DNA of 64,000 nucleotides from a virus (Duplodnaviria; Heunggongvirae; Uroviricota; Caudoviricetes): IMG/VR virus record IMGVR_UViG_2585427970_000001; one strand, 5' to 3'. Shown piece by piece: positions 54,813 to 64,000 of this stretch (position 1 is its first letter; each line of letters starts with the position of its first letter). The notes under the pieces were generated by a model. It saw only the letters and a program-made list of their open reading frames with translations, ran no database searches and was not told where the DNA came from. The position numbers and the translations under genes were made by a program.

Positions 54813-55510
54813 AGATTGCTTTAGTTCTTCGCTCTGGTGGTGACTATAACGCTTCCGATGTGCAGTGGCTGGTTAATCAACTGCCAAAAGACTATGAAAT
54901 TATTTGCCTGACAGACCTGAAGTGTTTACATGTACCTGGCGTCAAAGTTATCCCATTGATCAACCAGTGGCAAAAGTGCCGTGGCTGGTGGGCGAAAATC
55001 GAGTTGTTCCGACCGGATATAACCGATGATCTGTTCTATCTGGATTTGGACACGGTTATTGCCGGTGATATACGCCCAATCCTAGAGAATCCACCAACCA
55101 GCTTCACCATGCTTAGGGATTTTTACCATCCACAATATCGTGGCAGCGGTGCCCTGTGGATACCAAATAGTGTAAAAGCGCATATCTGGAGTGCATTCTG
55201 GCAAGATCCGGAAGGTTGGATTGCTCGTTGCGTTATTACTGAATGCTGGGGTGATCAGGGGTTTTTGCGGAAGGTTATGGGTGATGATACACCAGCATTT
55301 CAGGATCTGTATCCGGGATGGTTTGTAAGTTACAAGGCCGATGTTGTGGAACCTGGTTCGAAATATGCGAGCGCGCGTTACTCCAGGGGGAATGGGGCAT
55401 TACCAAAAGACTGCCGAATAATCTTTTTCCACGGCAAACCGCGACCTCGCGAAGTGTCAGAGGATTGGCTTCCCCTTATCAGCTCATTTTTTGAGCAAGA
55501 ATCAGAATAA
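54809..55510 (+). CDS. Hypothetical protein with DxD-like motif (possible nucleotide-sugar transferase)
   Basis: 233 aa; YLDLDTVI. Confidence 0.3.
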
Positions 55511-55511
55511 T

Positions 55512-55577
55512 ATTGCTCTAATAATTCCATATTTTTAAAGCGAGATGTACACTCATCACGTTTTTTATTAGAGCAAT
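55512..55577. promoter_or_regulatory. Pair of inverted C1-type operator-like sites flanking a promoter
   Basis: attgctctaataattcc (55512-55528) and reverse complement of 55561-55577 attgctctaataaaaaa. Confidence 0.4.
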
Positions 55578-55591
55578 CTACAAGGTGCACT

Positions 55592-55810
55592 ATGTGGCCA
55601 TTCCGACGGAAATATCACTACTGGCTGATCGCCTTTGTTACGCCGACCGGCGGTATTAGGCATGTCATCACCAGGTATCGCAACAAGAGACTCACCTTAG
55701 CCAGAATTTTACAGGCTGCCATAGGTGAGGGACTGGATACAAATTGCGTAGTCCTTCCACCTTCATACTTAGGAAAAATGACCGAAGCACAAGCTAATAC
55801 GGAACTTTGA
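55592..55810 (+). CDS. Small hypothetical protein
   Basis: 72 aa. Confidence 0.3.
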   Translation: MWPFRRKYHYWLIAFVTPTGGIRHVITRYRNKRLTLARILQAAIGEGLDTNCVVLPPSYLGKMTEAQANTEL

Positions 55811-55811
55811 A

Positions 55812-57074
55812 ATGAGCACTTCAGCACAAAACCAATCAATTGAAAATGTATCTATCCCTGACGTCCTGAATGCCGGTATCCCAGCCATTATCCAGAACAT
55901 CCGGGCCGCGCAACGCCGCGTTAGTTGTGATGACCTCACAGCGCGTTTTTTTGATAATGCGGTTCAGTCAGCGGAGATGCTTCACGCACAGCTTATTGAT
56001 GTTTATAACGCAGAAGCTGATAGCCATAACTCCCTGGTAGATGCAGCTGAAAATATGCAGTTGGATCTCGGTCTGAAGGGTAAAGAAATTGAAGAGCTTC
56101 AGCTGCAAATTGAACATTTGAAACGCCAGCAACAGGACGCGATCGACGATGCGACGCATGACGCCAACCAGCGTGCTGATAATGCCGAACGTATAAGCAT
56201 TGAGCTGGAAACAAAACTCAATGAAATGACCGCGATGGTTGAACTGCGAAACTCACAGATTTCAACGCTAAAATCTCAATATAAAGAGATCATGAAACTT
56301 GATCCTTTTAACCTTGAGAAACGCTATAACAAAGCCAAAAGTGAGCGACAGGAACTGCGTAAGCAGGTCGCTGACCTTAACCAACAGCTCAAAAAGACTA
56401 TTAAAGATGCAAGTGAGGCGCGCGTGGCATTTGCTAATAAAAAAGCAGAGGTTACCGCGCTGGCTAATGAGAATGCCAAATTTGCGACGCTCAAGAAGGA
56501 AATGTATGGCATTACTGAGCGACGTTTCCCTGCAAGCAAACTTCATCCGACGTTAGGGCAAATCTCCTTCTTCCCGCGCCTCCTGGCTTATGGGATCTCA
56601 TCGCCTAAAGAGTTCAATAACGAGCGTCCTTATATCGTTTCTAAGCTGGACTTTGCTTATCAGTTCTGCTGCGACATGGGCTATGCCATTGATATCCGAA
56701 TCAACGAATGGTTGATGCCAAACTTCCAGCCGTTGGCAATTTTCCGTGAGTTCCAGCCGGAAGGTTGGGTAGAGTTCTTCCATGAATTGATCTGTAAAGA
56801 GATGGAAAGCCGCCGCCCGGAGCTGGTCCGTCGAGTTGAGTGGGCGCAAGAGGTTATGTTGGCAGATGCAGAGCTGCCGTTTGAACCGGAATTCATTGAT
56901 GAACTGGCCAATAAAGGGCAGCATAGCCTATTTGATGTAGTTACCCGCCGTCATGAGCAGTTGGTTGTTGAATTGGGTTTAGAAGAAACTGCGGCAAGAA
57001 GACTTCTCGATGTTTGCTATGCACGTAGCGATGCATGGGAAAAAGAGAACGGCGGTACTATTTACGTTCGCTGA
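55812..57074 (+). CDS. Coiled-coil protein under putative C1 operator control
   Basis: 420 aa; long heptad region then C-terminal domain. Confidence 0.45.
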   Translation: MSTSAQNQSIENVSIPDVLNAGIPAIIQNIRAAQRRVSCDDLTARFFDNAVQSAEMLHAQLIDVYNAEADSHNSLVDAAENMQLDLGLKGKEIEELQLQIEHLKRQQQDAIDDATHDANQRADNAERISIELETKLNEMTAMVELRNSQISTLKSQYKEIMKLDPFNLEKRYNKAKSERQELRKQVADLNQQLKKTIKDASEARVAFANKKAEVTALANENAKFATLKKEMYGITERRFPASKLHPTLGQISFFPRLLAYGISSPKEFNNERPYIVSKLDFAYQFCCDMGYAIDIRINEWLMPNFQPLAIFREFQPEGWVEFFHELICKEMESRRPELVRRVEWAQEVMLADAELPFEPEFIDELANKGQHSLFDVVTRRHEQLVVELGLEETAARRLLDVCYARSDAWEKENGGTIYVR

Positions 57075-57094
57075 TAGTTACAGTGTCACTTTTA

Positions 57095-57129
57095 ATGCTG
57101 GTGGTGTGCGTCCCACCAGCATTTTTTTC
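57095..57129 (+). terminator. Rho-independent terminator
   Basis: atgctggtgg-tgtgcgtc-ccaccagcat followed by T7. Confidence 0.7.
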
Positions 57130-58211
57130 GTCCAATGGGGAGGGCATTTGAGTATTTTCAACAAACACGCACACCAGGAGCGTCCGTACATCGTCATAGT
57201 CGATATTGATGGAGCAATATCAGAAGCAATTGAAGACAGGCTGCATTTGCTTCCGCTGCCGGGGAAAGGAGCATTAATATTGATATGGGGCACGTTTACA
57301 CAGTCTGGTTTGTAACCGGGTGCTGTGAGAACGCCAGGGATAAAACACGAGCCTGGTTGCGGAAAAAATAACAAACGTAGCCGAACTGTGCGACGGAGAT
57401 GACAAAAGGAGGGTTACAAAATAAATCGGCTCAATAGACATTATCTGCAGTGGCGAAAGCTGTTTTGATACGGATATTGATGACGCTGATATTTCTGAAT
57501 GGGGATCTCGGTGTCAGGTGCGAATCTATTATCTCCATTAAATGCCTGCTAGTCAGCAGGCATTTAATCTTCCTATTAGCTTTCCGTTCATGCCTGGCAT
57601 TTGCCAGTATGTCGGACATCATTTTTCGTATTCAGTTTGCGGACTGAGTTCAGCATCTACCCATAGTGTCTTCGCTCCCCGTTGTGGCGGGCTTCTTCTA
57701 ATTTTTCCGCTGTTTACCAGTTGTAAAAGATAATGCCTAGCCTGATAGCTGCTTATATTAAATTCTTTAGATATAGTAGGTGTGTTTGTAAAGTTTTTTA
57801 ATTTAATGTACAGATATATTGAATCCATCATGAATTCATTACCTTTCATATAGCTTTTATCGATAAGTATTATTAGTTATTCTGTTTATGGCCTTTAGTA
57901 TATTTAGTCTTTTTTGCTTGCTTTTGATCTAGGTTAATAAAAGGTGCATTTTATAAACTTTTTTGTTTTTTTATTTTTAATTTATTTTATATTGCCGACA
58001 AAGTGTTATACCAGCATAAAATTCTAAATTTTATTTTCAATGTAGCACAATATTCATGATATTTGATTTTTTTAGAGTTAAAGAACGTGTAATTATTTGT
58101 TTTCAGATTAAAAAACCTCTATTACTATCACGCACCGGAAAGGCTATGTTTTCGGCGAATGCTTATTACTTAAGATATTTATTTAAATGCAACTGCGACG
58201 GGAGTAATCTG

Positions 58212-58559
58212 ATGCAGCAAAGAGATACTTACCTTCAAGGGGAGCAAAGGCAGTTATTTCTTAGCAAGAAAAATCAGTATCTAGCGATAGGAAAGGTTCC
58301 TGAAGATATATTCTGGTTGCTAGTGGAGATGTCAGCCATACGCAGTCAAGGCATCATAAAGGCATTGTATGACTATCTTGTTCTTGGTGATTCGAGAAAA
58401 GTTATCTGCGAGCGATACAATGTAAATAATGGATATATAAGTACCAGTTTATCTCGTCTGGAACGTATGAATGAAATGATAAAAGAAATTATACCCCACC
58501 ATGTAAAATGGTATGCGGACACCAATAATTACTGTGAATGCTGTGCGCGTGCTATATGA
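58212..58559 (+). CDS. PapB/AfaA-family fimbrial-type transcriptional regulator
   Basis: Track ORF 58056..58559; similarity to PapB begins after Met at 58212: IKALYDYLVLGDSRKVICERYNVNNGYISTSLSRL versus PapB ILAMKDYLVGGHSRKEVCEKYQMNNGYFSTTLGRL. Confidence 0.55.
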   Translation: MQQRDTYLQGEQRQLFLSKKNQYLAIGKVPEDIFWLLVEMSAIRSQGIIKALYDYLVLGDSRKVICERYNVNNGYISTSLSRLERMNEMIKEIIPHHVKWYADTNNYCECCARAI

Positions 58560-58863
58560 ATCAGAGAAGGACTGTCTATTCATAGATAAAATAATATCTA
58601 TATAGGCATTTCTGCATGTTATAAAAATTGCACCTATAGCAATTGTGTTGGTAAACTATCTTTTTCGTTTATAAGGAGGCGTTAATAAAAAAGTCGCAAC
58701 TAGGTGTTAATTTTTTTCACTATGTATCGGTTATGTGGTCTTGATGATAGTGAAAAGTTATGGATAAAGCTGACATTAAATAATTATACAGATAACAAAT
58801 TCTCAAAATATTATCTCATTGAGATTTTAACTGTAGCTGGTGCGGTAATTTACTGAAGGTATT

Positions 58864-61800
58864 TATGAATAAAATATATAAAGTGATATGGAACCACAGT
58901 ACTCAGCAGTGGGATGTGGTTTCAGAACTTACAGGTAACAAAAAAAAATGTAAATCTGCTCGCTTAAACCTGGCGTTAGCCGCTGCTCTTTTTACCGGAT
59001 CTATGGCGGTTAATTGCAGCAGCGCATTCGCGGATATTTCTCTTGATTCGGCATGGCGTCCGGCACAGAACAACAACCTTGTTGGGGCCGAGACTGTTAA
59101 CGGCACGACGGAAAATATCATAGGGCCGATATCGGTCGTTTCTGGTTCTTCTGGTCTCGTTGGCATGACTGTTGATGAAGCAAAAGCAGAGGGATACATT
59201 ACGGCTGGGGATGATCTTACCGGATTATTATATATTGACACAGGCGGAAGAACCAAAGCCCTTCAGTACTGGGATGCTGCGACCGGCGCGTACAGAACGG
59301 TACAGGTATATGACAATGACGCTTTTTCTCAGCGGGCTGCAGGCTCATCTGCGAATGAACTCATTTCCGGTTTTGCGCCTGATGCTGGTTTTTTCTATAA
59401 AACCCGTTTTGTTACTGTAACCAATGGTGGTACGGCCAATATTGATGTTGGCGCAGATTTTATTGGTCGCTATTTCAAAGATACTCAGCTCGCTGTTGCT
59501 GATGGAGCTGGATCAACTGTTAACTGGAATTCTGAAAATGAGTTCTACTTGCAGGCCGCAGCAACTTCTACAAACGGGCTCACATATACCGCCACAATTG
59601 ACTCAAAAGCATATGCTGGCACATTTACTGACTGGCAGGGACAACAGCATCAGGTTAATTCACAGGCAGACTTACAGCAATATAATGATTATCTGACTCA
59701 GGCGATTGTTGACGGTAAGCTGACTGCCTCTCAGTATGAGACTGAATTTAACAGGGCTATTATAACCACCACGCATACGTATGATGTTGATCGTACTGCA
59801 GGGGGTAAAATTGATCCTGCTATATATCAGGCTGGTATCGGAACACTTGCTGTACTTGAAGCTAGAAATGGTGGAACTGCACGACTCAGTTCAACCGGCA
59901 AATTAACAGGCATATTGCCGAGTGTTGGGCGTGGAGCTGGTATCATTGCTCGCTCGGGCGGTACAGGTATCAACGAGGGTATTATAGATGCTACAGGTAT
60001 TGCGATGCGTGCATACGGTAACAGCACCATTGTTAATGATGGCACTATCTATTCAGGGATCAACAATTCTAAACACGGACGACATGGTGAGGGAATGGTG
60101 GCAATTGATGCCGATTCCCTCGCAATAAATAATGGTGTTATTAATATCCGGCCATATAAAGTTGCAACAGTTAATCAGGATGGCATCAACACGGCAATGC
60201 TAGTGGCTGGTGGCGGTGAAGGAATTAATAATGGCACCATCAATATTACGGCGGATGCTTCAGTTATTGACAGTAAGGGACTAACCCGGGGGATCAGTGT
60301 GGGTGACGGAGGTTCCTTTACCAATGCATCCACTGGCAAAATCACCGTCGGTGTGGCTGAAGATGGCAGCGCAGCGCATTCAGCTGTCGGCTCTGTTGCG
60401 ATTGAGGTTGCGCAAGGGGCAACCCGTGTTATTAATGAAGGGACAATTCTCCTGGGGGAAGGGGCTCAGGGGAACTACGGTATTTCAGCATCGAACGTCG
60501 GAGCAGTAAATACAGTCATCAATAAAGGGACTATCACAGTTGAAGGGCATGACAGCGATACACCTGCACTGAATGTCGGCATGTTTGCAAATAACAGCAC
60601 CGGGCTGAAAAACACCGGGGTTATTAATGTGAATGGCCTGAACAGTGCCGGATTACAGGTCATAAACGGAGGCCAGATAGCGTCTGACGGTACTGTAAAT
60701 GTTGGTGGCGTGGATATCAGTAGTGGTTTCCGTAACTATGGTGCATGGGTGGAAGGCACCGGAAGCCGTGTTGATATATCCGGCGAAATTAGCCTTACTG
60801 GTGACGGTGCAGTGGGGGTTTTTGCCAAAGATGGCGGAGACCTGACCCTGTCAGGGAATGGTGCGGTGGTATTCGGTGGCAGTAACCAGGTGGGGTTTTA
60901 TGTCTACGGTGATGGTTCCACCATTCATAATACCGGGAACAGTGTTATGGATGTTTCCACCGAAAATTCAACGTTATTCCGTATTGCCAGCGGGGCGGTA
61001 TACCGGGGGGGCACAGGGGCATCCTCTGATCTGACGGCATCCGGTAAGAACTCGTATGCGCTTGTTGCCACTGGCAGGTCTGACACAGGCACTGCCTCAA
61101 CCGTCACATCCGGAGGGATGACCATCAACCTGACGGGAGAGGGGGCGACTGCTGTCTTGGTAGAGGGCGGGGCACAGGGCTCAATTGACAGTAATGCCAC
61201 TATCAATATGGATAATGCCAGCGCGATTGCCGGTATTGCGGATGGCAACGGGTATGATATTTCCGGCAATCTTATTAATCCAAAAGACAAGACTACATTA
61301 TTAACAGCAGGTGCTCAGCTGAGCTCTTCTCAGGATAAAGTAACCGGGTATATCGCCCGCAATGGGGCAACCCTGGAGAACACCGGTAATATCACCTTTA
61401 CCGGAAAGAACACGACCGGTATCCGGGTCGAGGAAGGCGCTGCTGGCACCAACAGTGGAAATATCCTCGTTCAGGATGGCGGTGTGGGATTACTTGCCCG
61501 CGGCTCACAGGACGCCACGACCATTAATAACACCGGTAATCTGGTCCTCAGTGGGGGGAATAATGCCAACCGTACTACCGGGATTAAAGCTTCCGGTGCA
61601 GCAACAACAGTTAATATGACCGCTGGCACACTCGATCTGCAGGGGCAGGGGGCGATTGGCGTTGAGGTCAGTGAACAGGGAACGGTGAATCTTGAGGGGA
61701 CTGCCATTCCTAAGTTTGCTGCTGACGATTCCGGCATTACCGATCAGATTGCTTTCCGTATTATCGGAGATGGTGCAACCATCAATACGAAGGTTGCACA

Positions 61801-64000
61801 GGGAACGCTGCTGGAAGCCAGTGGGCAGCGGTCAGTGCTCTTCCGTATTGAAGACGGGGCAAAACAGATTGGCTCTCTGCAGATGAAAACCTCCGGGACA
61901 GGCAGCCGGGGGATCTGGGCCACCGGTAAAGGCAGTGATGTACAGGCGGAGGCCGGCAGTGATTTCCAGATCCTGGGGGACCTAGCTCAGGGATTGTATG
62001 TCACTGGCGGTGCAACAGCGACCCTGAAACAGGGGATATCCGTTGATCTTGTGGGTGACGGGGCCGTGGTCGCGGAAGTGGACGGTAATGAGTACGCGCT
62101 CGATGGCAGTATTACACAAACGAATACTGGCTCGGTTATTACCAATGAGGCAGATATCTCTTCGCCGCTGAATAATGCCAAGGGCTTTATTACGCGTAAT
62201 CAGGGACTGTTGATTAACAGCGGCAACATTGATTTCACTGCCGGTACCGATAATATCGGCGTCTGGGTTGATAACGGTCGCTTTGAAAATACGGGAAACC
62301 GTATTGCGGTCAATGGTGTTGCTTTATTTGTTGAAGGCGCACAGTCTCAGATCACCAGCACGGGAGGGGATATCGTCGCTGTGGACGGTGAGGCTGCCAT
62401 TAAGCTGGGGGCGGGCGCGTCACTGAACCTGGCAGGGAGTGGGCTGGGAACGATTGAGGGCCAGAAAAATGCACATGGCATCCTGCTGGATACAGGGGCT
62501 GTGGGGCTGGTTATTGATGGTGCGAAAATTAATGTGAATGCTGCAGGTGCGGTTGGTCACGGGATTGAGAACCGCGCAGAAATTGAAGGCATTCAGTTAA
62601 CCAATACGACTGAAATTAATGTGGCTGATGGCATTGGTGTGCGTACTTCAGCTTCGCTGGCTAAGACCAACAGCGGCACTATTAATGTAGATGGCAGCGG
62701 AATTGCACTGGCGTTCCGGAAAGCTGACGGAAGTGAAACCGATAATAACCTGGATATGTCTGACTCCGGCGGATTAGTCATTAATCTGAAAGGCACGGGC
62801 GGCACGGGTATTTTCGCCAACACTAAAGATGGTGCTGTCGTGAAGAGTGGTGCAAGTGTCAATGTTACACAGGCCGATGGCGGTTCCGCTCTGGTGGTTA
62901 ACAATGCGGCCAGTGAAGTGGTTCAGAGCGGTAATCTCATTTCTGTTTCTCTGAATCATGCTGTAGTGGATGCATCAAAAGCACTGTCCTTTACCAATAC
63001 AGGTCAGATTAAAGCCGCGTCCGCTGCCGGGACTGCAATGGCGTTTGATGACGCCGTGAATACCACCGTACTGAATGACAGCGGTGCTGAAATTCAGGGG
63101 GTTGTGGCTCTGAACGGCGGTGATAACACATTTACCAATAAAGGCAGTATTACCGGAACCGTCAGTGCAAAAGATGGCAACAACACATTGTTATTTGATG
63201 ACGGCAGCACACTGACAGGTGAAGCGACTGCAGGAAACGGCAATAACAATGTAACGCTTAACGGCAGGACACATGTTGACCAGGTGATTGCAGGTACAGG
63301 ACAGAATACCTTCACCATTAAAGGTGAAGGGGCAACCTGGGATCTGCTGGATGGCGGGCAGGGAGATTCTGATTCCCTGATTTTTGATAACGCCATTCAT
63401 ACGCTGGATTCTGCTGCAAAGATACAGAACTTTGAACATGTCGGGCTGAAAAATGGTTCCGTTGTCACCCTGAAGGAGGCACTGGTGCTGACGGACGGTG
63501 GCGCCGGGGCGGGCTCTGTCGATATTGAATCGGGCAGTGAACTGAGCATTACCCCTGCCACAGCAGGCGACTTTACCTTTGATCCATTGTTAACGGGCAA
63601 AGGCACGCTGTCCGCTCAGCTTGATGCCGACACCTCTGCTTTTGAATTCAGCCATAACGTCGGGGATCAGTTTGCCGGCACCCTGAAACTGGGCACCAGC
63701 AGTTTTGCGCTGGAAGGGCTGAATACGAAGGGGTTGACCCATGCCATGTTGGTGTCTGAAACCGGAAATATCACAACGGTTGGCTCCGGTGTTCAGAGGA
63801 TTGGCGGTCTTGGATTCAGTGGCGGAACACTGAATTTTGGTTCTGTCAGCCCGGGAGATATTGTTGCCGGCAACCGTATTGAAACCTCTGCCGCAGGTAC
63901 ACTGGATCTTCGCGGTCAGGGCACAATTCAGGTCACCATGCCGGTGGTGGTTAATGATATTCCGGTGGTTGATACCCGTAAGAATCTGCTTGAGCAGGAC
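58864..64000 (+). CDS. Large autotransporter adhesin-like protein, 5' part (open to window end)
   Basis: Hand translation in frame 1 is open from ATG 58864 to the window end; extended signal peptide MNKIYKVIWNHSTQQWDVVSELT..; long Gly/Asn/Thr-rich repeats; not in track because no stop is reached. Confidence 0.7.
58939..58947 (+). repeat. A9 homopolymer inside autotransporter signal-peptide codons (KKK)
   Basis: ggtaac-aaaaaaaaa-tgt at codons 26-28. Confidence 0.6.

Noticed and set aside
59172-63606. Many short plus- and minus-strand ORFs in the track across 59-64 kb
   Set aside because: All listed plus-strand ORFs are in a different frame from the long open frame starting at 58864; minus-strand ORFs are Pro/Ala/Ser-rich mirror translations of the Gly/Asn/Thr-rich repeat gene.

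Overview
This window reads as a large segment of a P1-like phage-plasmid (Punavirus-type), identified by gene content and order recalled from phage P1; no database search was run. Left to right: a dar-type antirestriction/lysis operon on the minus strand (holin-like genes, hdf, darA, ddrA-like, then a fragmented ddrB-like gene); a Cin-family invertase with an invertible tail-fibre segment; baseplate, Sit-like transglycosylase and tube genes; the immunity-I region (c4-like RNA, icd, ant) with C1-type operators; kilA-repL; sheath and capsid genes; the parS-parB-parA and repA plasmid replicon with iterons and oriR; a tRNA/tciABC/ban region; and a late-gene block followed by a cluster of small enzyme-like genes. 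Superimposed are several accessory insertions: an IS200/IS605-type TnpB element between the ddrA-like and ddrB-like genes, an IS629-like IS3-family element abutting tRNA-Thr, an AT-rich two-gene cargo operon downstream of repL, a PapB-like regulator plus a large autotransporter at the right edge, and a disrupted porin gene at the left edge. The strongest candidate for an undescribed system is the AT-rich operon at 28851-30019 (a DUF3800-like protein with a translationally coupled partner), although it may instead correspond to the poorly characterised rlfA/rlfB slot of P1. A second point of interest is a structured non-coding region at 42856-43588 containing two hairpin copies with covarying stems. 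No CRISPR array, rRNA or integrase was seen.
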